Source of the DNA: a virus
DNA: 64,000 nt
Direction: 5' to 3' (one strand)
Virus record (IMG/VR): IMGVR_UViG_3300044633_000521
The translations under genes and the position numbers were made by a program. Under the pieces are notes generated by a model. That model was not told the origin of the DNA. It saw only the letters and a list, made by a program, of their open reading frames with translations, and ran no database searches. The number at the start of each line of letters is the position of its first letter. Within the stretch, counting starts at the first letter, position 1. Positions 9,107 to 18,739 of this stretch are shown here, piece after piece.

Positions 9107-9658
9107 CTAACCTTTAATAAATGTACTGCGTGACTTAGGAGTTTCCCACCAATCAATTTGTTTAACAGTTACATCTAATTTAGACATTTTAACTTCGACT
9201 AAGTTTGCCATCCAAGCACTAAGGTTTTCACTGGTTGGAACAAACTCTACAACCATAAAACCTTCGTAGTATTCATATTCTGGTGTATTTGGTTCTAAGC
9301 CATCTAAGTTCAAATGATAGCCTGCTAGATAATCTGTGCCTGGCACTTTAACTGGTACTAGTTCACGATCGCCAACAATACTATTGTATAGTGGATCATG
9401 CTTATCGATAATAAACTGATGATCAATATATTCGTTAATCCATTTCTTTAACCACTCTAAGTGACGGAAATCTGTAACCATACCAGTGGAATCTAACTTG
9501 CCTGTGTTGCTTTCTAAGAACACCTGCATCTTACCTTCATGTCCGTGTAGGTGACGACAAGCACACTTTAAGTCTGCCGCATATTCACCATTTAGTTTCT
9601 GTGTCCAAACTCTGTGTCCATAACAGAATTCAAATGTTTTATCAATTACCCATGCCAT
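9107..9658 (-). CDS. queD: 6-carboxy-5,6,7,8-tetrahydropterin synthase (QueD/PTPS family)
   Basis: F.YGHR, CRHLHGH, GMVTDF, DH, PTSENL and WETP motifs. Confidence 0.9.
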   Translation of the reverse strand: MAWVIDKTFEFCYGHRVWTQKLNGEYAADLKCACRHLHGHEGKMQVFLESNTGKLDSTGMVTDFRHLEWLKKWINEYIDHQFIIDKHDPLYNSIVGDRELVPVKVPGTDYLAGYHLNLDGLEPNTPEYEYYEGFMVVEFVPTSENLSAWMANLVEVKMSKLDVTVKQIDWWETPKSRSTFIKG

Positions 9659-9683
9659 AATCTTTTCCTCGGTTTATATTACT

Positions 9684-9712
9684 ATTATATTTAGGTTTTG
9701 TTGTAAAGTCAA
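9684..9712 (-). promoter_or_regulatory. sigma70-type promoter TTGACT-N17-TATAAT with overlapping CTAAATA, for queD
   Basis: Read directly; GAGG SD downstream. Confidence 0.7.
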
Positions 9713-10215
9713 TCAATTATTTTGCCATCTTCAATAACTATTGGCCATAACTGTTCTACACTGTTAAACATATGATGTATACGATCCGTATCATATCCAT
9801 ACGAGTTTAGTTTCTTAAGTATACGTTCGTTATATTCCGGAGCCGCAAGTATTTGATGATGCTTGTGCGAATAAAACGAATGTAGTTTAAACTCACCGTT
9901 AGCGTGATGTGTAGCCAAGGCCATAATAGCACAGGCACTGTCACAGTGGTCTACAGCATACCAATTGACTAGTCCGTGTTGATATACTGTATCCATAGCA
10001 TCTAACAAATCTTCGCTAGTACCACCAATTGATGTAACATAAAAATTCAACGGTTGGTTAGGGTGTTGCTTAACTATAGTAATTATCTCATCGTATTCTT
10101 CTTTATGAAGTTTACCCACAATCTTATAGTCTTGCTCGCTGAGTTTGGTTATTTCCGGAGTAGCACACCCAATCAAGATAATAGCTAGTATTAGAGAACT
10201 ATATAACTTTAGCAT
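9709..10215 (-). CDS. Putative lipoprotein with ClpP/crotonase-like motifs
   Basis: Signal peptide with lipobox LIGC; SIGG, CDSAC and downstream H resemble ClpP-like periplasmic proteins. Confidence 0.55.
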   Translation of the reverse strand: MLKLYSSLILAIILIGCATPEITKLSEQDYKIVGKLHKEEYDEIITIVKQHPNQPLNFYVTSIGGTSEDLLDAMDTVYQHGLVNWYAVDHCDSACAIMALATHHANGEFKLHSFYSHKHHQILAAPEYNERILKKLNSYGYDTDRIHHMFNSVEQLWPIVIEDGKIID

Positions 10216-10807
10216 CTTCTATTAAGAATTCCATCTTGCGTTGCCGGTCAATTAGTTTAAAAAACAATGCTAGAGTATTAGCCGCATCAACGTCTGCTCT
10301 ATGAGCTGTACCTTTGAACTGTAGTTTAAAATATCCCATAGCACTTGCTAACCCACCACTAGGTTTCTTACCTTTAGCAAACATCAGCAAGGTGTAGAAT
10401 GTCTTGGTATCAATCCAACGACGCCCAAAGTGTGGAAAGTCTACACACTTATTACTAAATTCATTTAGTAGCTCAACACTATCGCCTCCGCCCCAAGTAA
10501 CCGGATTAACAAAACAGTTATGCTGTTTGATAAGTTCACCTAGTTCACGGGCTACAGTTTCGTGACTAACAGCGTTAGCACGTATGTCCGCATCTGTGAT
10601 GCCAGTTAGGTCAATGATAAATTGGTCAATTGGTTCGTTGGGATCTATATACCATTTCTTAGTAAAATAGTTTTCAAAGCGATCATCTGCTTTACCAATA
10701 GCGATACCAACCTGAATGATCTTACCACTCGGTTGGTTAAGCTCTAAATCTAATGCTAGGTACTTCTGAGCTTTATCCATCATTCTGGATATCCAGCTTT
10801 CAACCAC
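10199..10807 (-). CDS. DEDDh 3'-5' exonuclease
   Basis: LDLE, IIQVG, LTGI, WGGGD and HRADVDA motifs. Confidence 0.88.
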   Translation of the reverse strand: MVESWISRMMDKAQKYLALDLELNQPSGKIIQVGIAIGKADDRFENYFTKKWYIDPNEPIDQFIIDLTGITDADIRANAVSHETVARELGELIKQHNCFVNPVTWGGGDSVELLNEFSNKCVDFPHFGRRWIDTKTFYTLLMFAKGKKPSGGLASAMGYFKLQFKGTAHRADVDAANTLALFFKLIDRQRKMEFLIEDAKVI

Positions 10808-11769
10808 TCTGCTATATTTGTAGCATTTTCACTAAGTTTAATTAGATCATACTTGCCGCAAAACTTAAGAAAGTATGCGCCTACTGTAGGATTTGTTTTT
10901 GGACGAGCATTAGTTTTAATAGTTTCAAAGATTTTATCTTTAATGTCCGCAGGTTGGGCCGATAAATCTACCAGCTTACAATTACGATTATAATCATCAA
11001 GAACTTTATGTTCTACCCCATTGTGGTCGGTCCAACGTTGTAGCATTAGGTTATTCCAAGCGTAACCTTGCTTGTCTTTATCGCTGTAGGCTTCTTCTAA
11101 TCCAACTTTGTTCTTAGTGCCTTTAGTACGTACACCCGGATAAGCACTAAAGATATTATCTGTAGGATCACCACGCACACACTTTTCAAACAGGATGAAC
11201 TTGGGATCTGGAATCTTTTTAGGCTCTTTAGTTTTCTTGTCTATAACAAGTTTACCTTTCTTATCATAGATGCCAGTAAGAGTATGTAACTCATCGCTGA
11301 TACCATTATACTGATTAACATTTTCACTAAGCAGTTGATAGAAGTCAGTGTCACTACTAATTATAGTATGATGATCGTCGGGGTGTGCTTGAATAAATCC
11401 AGCGATTAGATCATCTGCTTCAAGCTCTCCGTGTTGTAGCACTGTACAGTTTGTACGCTCGCTTATAAATGTCTTAAGACCATCAAAGGCTTCCCAGAAT
11501 AACCGATCCTCCTCGGCTTCAGTTTCAGTCTGGGCCGCACGGGCTACGGCACGATTGGCTTTATACGGAGTATAAAAGTCCTTGCGCCAACTGCGTCCTT
11601 CGAGACAAAATACAACATGATCTGCTTTCTGATCGCGCCACGATTTGTTAATAGATGCTAAAGTCACATGAATAGCAAAACCTAGTTTATCCCAAGTATC
11701 GCTTTGTCTATGTGCGCTGTGCCTAGCACGGAAAAATGTATTTGCTGTGTCTACTAATAGGTATCTCAT
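10780..11769 (-). CDS. rnh: T4 RNase H-like 5'-3' exonuclease / flap endonuclease
   Basis: LLVD..N, SWRK, YKANR, EADD, SSDTDF and GDPTDNI motifs. Start reassigned to ATG at 11769. Confidence 0.88.
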   Translation of the reverse strand: MRYLLVDTANTFFRARHSAHRQSDTWDKLGFAIHVTLASINKSWRDQKADHVVFCLEGRSWRKDFYTPYKANRAVARAAQTETEAEEDRLFWEAFDGLKTFISERTNCTVLQHGELEADDLIAGFIQAHPDDHHTIISSDTDFYQLLSENVNQYNGISDELHTLTGIYDKKGKLVIDKKTKEPKKIPDPKFILFEKCVRGDPTDNIFSAYPGVRTKGTKNKVGLEEAYSDKDKQGYAWNNLMLQRWTDHNGVEHKVLDDYNRNCKLVDLSAQPADIKDKIFETIKTNARPKTNPTVGAYFLKFCGKYDLIKLSENATNIAEWLKAGYPE

Positions 11770-11775
11770 GTTGTT

Positions 11776-11804
11776 ATTATACAATCATTTTAAAGATTTG
11801 TCAA
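11776..11804 (-). promoter_or_regulatory. Consensus sigma70 promoter TTGACA-N17-TATAAT, 6 nt upstream of rnh ATG (leaderless)
   Basis: Minus strand reads TTGACA aatctttaaaatgattg TATAAT aacaac ATG. Confidence 0.85.
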
Positions 11805-12416
11805 GTGGGGAAGTAAGAATTTTGCCCATGCTTCATGCGCATCAGCACCATAATGATGCCATTTTTTATTTACAGGAATGTATCCTTGGGCTTCTAACCA
11901 AAAATAGTAGGTATATTCTTTAGACTTGGGGTAGATATAACTATTATCCCAATTGTGTTCTACATCATTTTTTATTTCTAAATAACAATTAAAAAATAAG
12001 TGATTGATACCACGTTCAGTCAATTCTCGATGCAGGTCTAGTATTTTATGATAGCATACTAGCTCACAATTTGACCAATAATCATGTGCAGTTGTATTAA
12101 TTACCCATTCTTTGTATCGTTGCTGTAGTTCGTCCGGTAGCACATCGTGTCCAGCACTATTAACATTATAGTACTGACCATTGAGCTCCCATTCCTCACG
12201 TTCCCACGTGGACCAACCAATGACTACAAAATCAGGATTATTATTTTTTAAATACTCTCTAGTTCGACGTATAATAGCATCATTGCTAGAACCAGGATAC
12301 GCATCGCAAACAAACTCGGCACCTATAGCATCTGCCAGGTACCGACCATAACTAAATTCCGGGCCACCAGCTTCATATCCATAGCTATGGCTATCACCGT
12401 TTACATATAAGATCAA
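11790..12416 (-). CDS. SGNH/GDSL-like hydrolase or acyltransferase
   Basis: NGDSHS block I, GSSN, IGWS and terminal HY...H..WA motif. Confidence 0.7.
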   Translation of the reverse strand: MILYVNGDSHSYGYEAGGPEFSYGRYLADAIGAEFVCDAYPGSSNDAIIRRTREYLKNNNPDFVVIGWSTWEREEWELNGQYYNVNSAGHDVLPDELQQRYKEWVINTTAHDYWSNCELVCYHKILDLHRELTERGINHLFFNCYLEIKNDVEHNWDNSYIYPKSKEYTYYFWLEAQGYIPVNKKWHHYGADAHEAWAKFLLPHLTNL

Positions 12417-12859
12417 CTTACTTCCGTTCTACCGTTACCTAAATCTTTACGGTTACTGGCTCGTTTTTCTGGATCTGCTTGTTCTTGTTCATACGTTTCT
12501 AGTATTACATTGCGACACACTGTTTGAAACCAATTGTCAACGATGTCGGCATCAGTTTTGCCTTGATAGCCGGCACGTACTAGATTAGCAACAAACTTGT
12601 CATTCCAGTCTAATTCAAATGCGCCTTGGCCAGGGTCATCGGGGTTAAGTTCCATACCAATAATTTCAACCCACGGCTCACCGGCGGCTGAAGCAACGGC
12701 TTTAGGTGTTTGTTTAGCAGATTCCTTAGCGGCTTTTTTGGCGGCCGCTTTAACTTTGCGCTCCTCTGCTTGACGTTGCTTTTCAACTTCAGCCTCAGCA
12801 GCTAGACGTGCTTGTTCCTCACGTCTAGTCTTGCCTGTAATTCGATCAAATAATCCCAT
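12413..12859 (-). CDS. Hypothetical jumbo-phage protein
   Basis: 148 aa; EPWV...G.FELDWN..F motif. Confidence 0.65.
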   Translation of the reverse strand: MGLFDRITGKTRREEQARLAAEAEVEKQRQAEERKVKAAAKKAAKESAKQTPKAVASAAGEPWVEIIGMELNPDDPGQGAFELDWNDKFVANLVRAGYQGKTDADIVDNWFQTVCRNVILETYEQEQADPEKRASNRKDLGNGRTEVS

Positions 12860-12868
12860 AATATATCC

Positions 12869-13960
12869 TTAAAATAAATCCAACTCTTCCCATGGTAAAC
12901 CATCCTTACCAAAGTGTCCATAGTTAGTAGTATTACTATAGATAGGGCGGAATAGTTTGAATCTGTTGATAATGCCTCTAGGGGTTAGGTCTACATTAGT
13001 AGTTATCCATGAGGTAAGTTCAAAATTATTTCCGTCGCTGTCAACATACACACTCATAGGCTGTTCAACTCCAATAGCATAGGATAATTGTACAGTAGCG
13101 TGAGTTGCTTTACCGCTGGCTACAATGTTCTTGGCAAGGTAGCGGGCCATGTAAGCAGCACTACGATCAACTTTGGTAGGATCCTTGCCGCTAAAAGCAC
13201 CACCGCCATGAGGACAACTACCACCGTAGGTGTCAACAATAATCTTACGTCCTGTAAGTCCTGTATCACCATCTGGTCCGCCAATAACAAATCTGCCAGT
13301 TGGATTAATTAAGAACTCTGTATTAACTAATAGTTCTGCCGGAATTACCTGACGAATATATAGCTCTACCATACTTCGTACTAGTTCAATACTTGTGTCT
13401 TCACTATGTTGAGTTGAGCACACAATCTTAGCAATACGAGCGATAGAATGATCATCGTTAAATTCAATTGTTACTTGTGACTTAGCATCTGGACCTAACC
13501 AAGTTTGATCACCGTTGCGTTGACGTGCTAGTTCTTTTACGATCAAGTGACTGTAGTAAATAGTTGCTGGCATGTAGTTAGGAGTTTTGTTTGTAGCGTA
13601 GCCAAACATTAGTCCTTGGTCACCAGCACCAAATGTGTCTGTACCTAGTGCAATGTCCGCACTTTGCCCATGTAATAAATTTGTGATTTCAACTGTACGC
13701 CAATCAAACCCTGTTTGCTCGTAGCCAATGTCTTTAATGACTTTGCGTACGGCACTTTCAATCTGCGCTTGATGTAGGGCAACATTTTTATATTCTCCGG
13801 CAATAATAACACGATTGGTAGTAACTAAAGTTTCGCAAGCAACACGCATGCTGGTATCTTCGTGTACCATAACCAAATCTAAAATAGCATCACTGATAGC
13901 GTCTGCTACCTTATCTGGATGTCCTTCACTAACACTTTCACTTGTAAACAAATAACTCAT
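12869..13960 (-). CDS. metK: S-adenosylmethionine synthetase
   Basis: FTSESVSEGHPDK, GAGDQG, GLTGRKIIVDTYGG and GGGAFSGKDPTKVDRSAAY motifs. Confidence 0.98.
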   Translation of the reverse strand: MSYLFTSESVSEGHPDKVADAISDAILDLVMVHEDTSMRVACETLVTTNRVIIAGEYKNVALHQAQIESAVRKVIKDIGYEQTGFDWRTVEITNLLHGQSADIALGTDTFGAGDQGLMFGYATNKTPNYMPATIYYSHLIVKELARQRNGDQTWLGPDAKSQVTIEFNDDHSIARIAKIVCSTQHSEDTSIELVRSMVELYIRQVIPAELLVNTEFLINPTGRFVIGGPDGDTGLTGRKIIVDTYGGSCPHGGGAFSGKDPTKVDRSAAYMARYLAKNIVASGKATHATVQLSYAIGVEQPMSVYVDSDGNNFELTSWITTNVDLTPRGIINRFKLFRPIYSNTTNYGHFGKDGLPWEELDLF

Positions 13961-14160
13961 TTAATACCCCATTTAATTTTTAACCAAATACGCTCGTGTA
14001 TATAATAATCAACACTTAATAATATGTGTAACAAGGTAGCAAACCCTGTACTACCTGCTAGATCTCCTGTGTATAGATAGGTCCAAAAGATTGTAAACAA
14101 CCAAGCAGTAATGCGATAGCTGACCATACGCACTAATGTACGTTTATGTGATTCAACCAT
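13957..14160 (-). CDS. DUF2061-like small membrane protein
   Basis: ESHKRTLV..SYR and YYIHERIW motifs; two hydrophobic helices. Confidence 0.75.
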   Translation of the reverse strand: MVESHKRTLVRMVSYRITAWLFTIFWTYLYTGDLAGSTGFATLLHILLSVDYYIHERIWLKIKWGIK

Positions 14161-14164
14161 CAAC

Positions 14165-15301
14165 TTATTCCTCTGGATACGCAAAAGAATATATTTTTTT
14201 AATGTATTCTAACGCATCATTTGAATCTAAATAAATGTTCTCGTCAATGAATATCATATGAATACCATTGTCGAGTGCCTTTTTAAATAATTTAACCCTA
14301 TCCTCAACACTTGAGGAAATTGCGTATATACTTGGAAATATGAATCCTTTAGCTGTGCCCATTTCCATAAAAAATTGTAAGTTTGGATTCCAATCCACGT
14401 GTAAATATTCATTTTGCCAATCGTATGGAGTAATGTTACGATTATTACACCACTGCATCATAAATTCTCTAACAATAAATTGCGGGATTGCTCCAATATA
14501 GTCACTGCCTTGGTCTGAAAACACTATCCAATTTCTATTATCGATATTTTTAGGTATTTTAAATTTATTTTTTTCATTGCGTATTCTATAAAATCCCCCC
14601 GGATATCGGCAACCGTAATCTGTGCCTTTAATTAAAGCTCTGGTATCAAAACTAACTCTACTAGTTCCAGTATCGTTATTAAAATTCCCGTGTAAATGCC
14701 CTTGATTAAACAACCACGATTGCCCAACTTCGGTTGTTGTTGGGTATGCTTTTGATCTACACAATTCCTGTAATTGATACAATGACTGTTGTTCGCCTTG
14801 GAATTTGTTCATTACATCGATGGTGTCATCCCAGGATAAAACCTGCATGGCATTAGTTCCCCAAGTTTTAGTAATTGGAGTCCAGATAGAATAGATACCA
14901 TTATTATACCCTGTATGGTGCCCCGTATGCCACGGTAATAACTTCCCTTGCTGTTCTTGGTTAGGTAAAACTAATCGTATTCCCGGAACAGTCTGAACCA
15001 TAAAGTCCGTATTTGGTAGTAACGGGCTAACATATTCTTCAAAAAACTGATCGATCAATGATTGGAAATAGTCACCCCTGGTCATTGCCTCAAGATATCG
15101 ACGAATCTCAGGTATTTGCGAAAAGGTAATATGTAAGTGTAGTTGATTTAAATTTTCAATTGATGGGATTTTTTCTTGTATTGTATGTAAGAACAATCCT
15201 TCCCAATCATACTTGTTGGTATCATAATTTAATATCTTGTTGTCCCATGCTGATTCTAAATATTTAGAATCGTATCGCTTTAACACTGTTAGATTACTCA
15301 T
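14165..15301 (-). CDS. StrG-like 2OG-Fe(II) oxygenase-fold protein with extra C-terminal domain (carbohydrate-cluster type)
   Basis: PWHTG, IWTP and HGNFNNDTGTSRVSFDTR double-stranded beta-helix motifs; about 130-aa C-terminal domain resembling the partner protein of sporadic carbohydrate clusters. Confidence 0.6.
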   Translation of the reverse strand: MSNLTVLKRYDSKYLESAWDNKILNYDTNKYDWEGLFLHTIQEKIPSIENLNQLHLHITFSQIPEIRRYLEAMTRGDYFQSLIDQFFEEYVSPLLPNTDFMVQTVPGIRLVLPNQEQQGKLLPWHTGHHTGYNNGIYSIWTPITKTWGTNAMQVLSWDDTIDVMNKFQGEQQSLYQLQELCRSKAYPTTTEVGQSWLFNQGHLHGNFNNDTGTSRVSFDTRALIKGTDYGCRYPGGFYRIRNEKNKFKIPKNIDNRNWIVFSDQGSDYIGAIPQFIVREFMMQWCNNRNITPYDWQNEYLHVDWNPNLQFFMEMGTAKGFIFPSIYAISSSVEDRVKLFKKALDNGIHMIFIDENIYLDSNDALEYIKKIYSFAYPEE

Positions 15302-16174
15302 TTATTTGCCCCAACTGTTACCCCAAAGATCAACGTGTAATCTTGGGCTGTAATAATAACCACGTAACATTGCTTCGTCTGCTACGTTAAATTTGTTACC
15401 GTCATAAACGCTAACAACACCACCCACTGGCATAATATATATAACACCTGTAAAGCCAGCACGTCTATATTCTGATACTGCTTGATCAACTTCATCAAAA
15501 TCACTAGGTTTTTCAACTACAAACTTAAGGTAGGTTGTGCCAAATTCTTCATAACTACAGACTATCTCAGGTTTAATAGCATCAGCCCAACTCTCGCCAC
15601 TAGCACTTAGTTTAGCACTAACACTAAATGTAATGTCTGGTCTGCGGCCAGCGCCAGCGCGATTAAATGCCCAGAATGACAAGTAATCAGCGAATTCTTC
15701 ATGTAGTTCTTGAGTACCGTTAGTCTCAAATGTGATATTTTGTAGTGAAGCCATACGAGGATCATCTAATAATTCTTCATAAGCACGTTGCCAACCCAAT
15801 AACGGTTCACCACCGGTGATCACTAAGTGTACATCATTACCATTAGGCAACACCCAATCACCGCCTGGTACTAATTCTAATAGTTTAGTAACTACTTCAC
15901 TTGTGTCTAATGTCGGGCTTAGGTGTTTGAATTTAGGGTGCCATGACGCATAGCTATCGCAACCTGTATTAACCAACGGCAAGTCTTCATAACGATTGTA
16001 TAGCTGTACTGTTTTAGCAACTTCATCTGCTTCAGTTGAACAGGTGCCTCTTGCCATTCCAAAGCCAGCGCACTGGAAGTTACAACCATATGTACGTAAG
16101 AATACACTAGGAACACCTACGAAGCGTCCTTCACCTTGCGCACTATAAAATATCTCACTGACTTTTAATTTCAT
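15302..16174 (-). CDS. queE: 7-carboxy-7-deazaguanine synthase (radical SAM)
   Basis: EIFYSAQGEG..G.PSVFLRT.GCN, GCDS, ITGGEP, ETNGT and SPRLH motifs. Confidence 0.92.
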   Translation of the reverse strand: MKLKVSEIFYSAQGEGRFVGVPSVFLRTYGCNFQCAGFGMARGTCSTEADEVAKTVQLYNRYEDLPLVNTGCDSYASWHPKFKHLSPTLDTSEVVTKLLELVPGGDWVLPNGNDVHLVITGGEPLLGWQRAYEELLDDPRMASLQNITFETNGTQELHEEFADYLSFWAFNRAGAGRRPDITFSVSAKLSASGESWADAIKPEIVCSYEEFGTTYLKFVVEKPSDFDEVDQAVSEYRRAGFTGVIYIMPVGGVVSVYDGNKFNVADEAMLRGYYYSPRLHVDLWGNSWGK

Positions 16175-18180
16175 AATTTATTCTCAATAATATGTTTAGC
16201 ATACTTTGCTCTAGCTTGATTACTGGCCCGATGGTAAAAAAACTGTTTCATTTTTTGTACATCATCTACCGCTGTTGGGTAATCAGACTGTTCGAAATCA
16301 TTTGATTTACTAAATTTTAACAGCTTATCTAATATTGTATATTCATATTGCCCATAAATCAACTCTTTTTTATCTGTAAAATATCCATACCAATTATAAT
16401 CAGTAACAAACTTGCGACCAACGTCGGGATTGTAATTTATGTCAATCATAATATTAGCCAAGTATCTACTCAGATCTTGTATCTTACTATCATTGAAATG
16501 ATTCCCAAACACTTTACCTATCGATTGAAAGAAATCTTGTGGATATAGCATTACCATAAACGTTAGATAGGTGTTTGGCCCCAACAATAACGGAAACTTA
16601 GAATCAATGTCAAACTCAATCATAGTAGCTGAGTCATCATCCACTAACCGATGTAATTGCGTAAGTAAGCCGCTGACTTTTTCATTAAGCACATCTGAGT
16701 CAAACTTACAGTTAACTAACATTTCTTTATATATTAAATCATATACTTCGCTCGGCTTTACATTAGCAGTTGAAGTTATGTAGTTTATTAAAAATATAAG
16801 ACCGGTAGGTTTGGCTAGTCCTTGAATCATCGTTAGCAACAGCATATCGCACCACTCGTATTTAGAATAAGAATATGTGCTAATAACATTTTCTGCCAGC
16901 ATCGGGCTTTCACTCGCTAATGCTATCACACCCTCGTCGTGTATTAAATTTGGTTTGTATCTAAATGGATGGGTATATATCTCAAACCATTTAGTTTTGA
17001 TCTCAAATTGCGCTCGCATCTTAGGATCATATGCGGGTGCTTCTGGTAATAGCATCCATATAGCAGGACGATATGTTTCGATTTCATCACCATTGAACAT
17101 ATCAATACTGTCGAGTGTAAGCTGATAACTATCGCCCGGTAATCCTAATATCGTTTCTACTAGAATGGGAGCATTATATTCTTTTTTTAAGTCCACTACC
17201 TTTTTTAAGTATTGATCAAATGGGATATCTACCCGATCAATATTCTTTTTAATTTCATCATGAGGATTTTGTACTGCTATCTTATAGTACCAGGTTAACC
17301 CATTGGCTATTAACAGTCGTTGTATTTCTATCACACGATCTAAATTATTCTTTGCGTTTTCAAGTATGACTGATTTAGGATATCCATATTTTTCCTTTAG
17401 GCCAACTATGAATTTTATAGTATCAATGTCTTCTTTGTAAATACCGAAGTTAGCGTCAGCAAAGTAAACTGTGTCTATTCCGTATTTGGCCAAATATTCT
17501 AATTCGCTATATACAGTTTCCTTAGGTTTTTTAACAACTTTAGTAAATGTGCCGCCACCCCAATCGCAATAGATACAACGATAAGGACAACCTCGTGAAG
17601 TTTCGTATATGACAAACGAATCTTTTGGGTCAAATGTAAAGTAGTCAGCTTGTTTTTCAAATATGTTAGTTGGCCATTTAAATTCGCGCTTTTTAAAGTC
17701 GTGTCTAGATTTAAATTTAATGCCTTGCTTATGAAAGTATACTTCCGGAATGTCTGCTACTTTTAGATTATCGTAATTATCTAATAGATGTGTTATTATA
17801 GGTTCGCCATAAACATCGCTGGGTACTACTAAATCAACCCAAGGATGTTTAAGGAAAAAGTCATTAGAATATTTGATGTCAATTTGAGCACCACCATAGA
17901 CAATAAGGCAGTTAGGGTATAACTCTTTTATAGTTTTAGCAAGGTCATTGGCATCTAGATAATTCCATACGTACAATGAAAGTCCAAATACATCTGGTGG
18001 TGCGCTAGCACATAGATCTAATATGTCCTGTTTAGATCTTGTGGCTAGGAAAGGATCGTGCCACGACCAGTCGTGGGGACTAAGACCATTTTCTTCAAAA
18101 TAAGTCTTAGCCGAGAACCATAGCAATGGGATAACAGTACCACTAACAATACTTTTACTCCATAGATAAACATTTTTCAA
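16171..18180 (-). CDS. Cobalamin-binding-domain radical SAM protein (class B methylase-like)
   Basis: N-terminal SLYVWN/IVYGG B12-type domain; ETSRGCPYRCIYCDWG, DANFG and ILGLPG motifs. Confidence 0.88.
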   Translation of the reverse strand: MKNVYLWSKSIVSGTVIPLLWFSAKTYFEENGLSPHDWSWHDPFLATRSKQDILDLCASAPPDVFGLSLYVWNYLDANDLAKTIKELYPNCLIVYGGAQIDIKYSNDFFLKHPWVDLVVPSDVYGEPIITHLLDNYDNLKVADIPEVYFHKQGIKFKSRHDFKKREFKWPTNIFEKQADYFTFDPKDSFVIYETSRGCPYRCIYCDWGGGTFTKVVKKPKETVYSELEYLAKYGIDTVYFADANFGIYKEDIDTIKFIVGLKEKYGYPKSVILENAKNNLDRVIEIQRLLIANGLTWYYKIAVQNPHDEIKKNIDRVDIPFDQYLKKVVDLKKEYNAPILVETILGLPGDSYQLTLDSIDMFNGDEIETYRPAIWMLLPEAPAYDPKMRAQFEIKTKWFEIYTHPFRYKPNLIHDEGVIALASESPMLAENVISTYSYSKYEWCDMLLLTMIQGLAKPTGLIFLINYITSTANVKPSEVYDLIYKEMLVNCKFDSDVLNEKVSGLLTQLHRLVDDDSATMIEFDIDSKFPLLLGPNTYLTFMVMLYPQDFFQSIGKVFGNHFNDSKIQDLSRYLANIMIDINYNPDVGRKFVTDYNWYGYFTDKKELIYGQYEYTILDKLLKFSKSNDFEQSDYPTAVDDVQKMKQFFYHRASNQARAKYAKHIIENKL

Positions 18181-18738
18181 TTAGCGTTCCCAGGGGTAGA
18201 CAATCCAAACATCTTCTTCTGCTTTGTTAATTTCTTTAGCTGAATAGTCCACTTTACGACTAAACTTGCTACTTAGGTTATCAATTAACACAGCAAAGCG
18301 TACATTGTTGCCCCAAACATCTGCCCATTTTGGACTGTTGGGTAAACAACTAGCCTGCCAATCGTTAATAATCCAATCTAATGTAGCACCAGTGTCGTTG
18401 ATGTCATCAATGATAAGAATATTTTTGCCCTGACCTTCTTCGCCGTATATTGACGTAGGGTGAGTTTCAACTATCTCATTTGGATAGTCATAACCAAACG
18501 CATCTTCAGCCATCCATAAGTTGCTTTCAGCCTCGCTATCGCTATCACGTAGGCTAACTTTTAAAGTCTCCATCGGAATACCCAATGTGTTGCTCATAAT
18601 AACTGCTGGTACTAGCCCGCCACGGGTAAGTCCTACAATATAGTCCGGGCGCCAGTTGTCTTTGTACATTTGCCATGCGATCTTATTAACCATCTCGTGA
18701 ATGTGTAGATAATCGTAATACTTTTTGTTAATAGACAT
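18181..18738 (-). CDS. Type I phosphoribosyltransferase (Gpt/Hpt-like)
   Basis: GLTRGGLVPA, PRPP-binding ILIIDDINDTGATL and WIVYPWE motifs. Confidence 0.9.
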   Translation of the reverse strand: MSINKKYYDYLHIHEMVNKIAWQMYKDNWRPDYIVGLTRGGLVPAVIMSNTLGIPMETLKVSLRDSDSEAESNLWMAEDAFGYDYPNEIVETHPTSIYGEEGQGKNILIIDDINDTGATLDWIINDWQASCLPNSPKWADVWGNNVRFAVLIDNLSSKFSRKVDYSAKEINKAEEDVWIVYPWER

Positions 18739-18739
18739 T

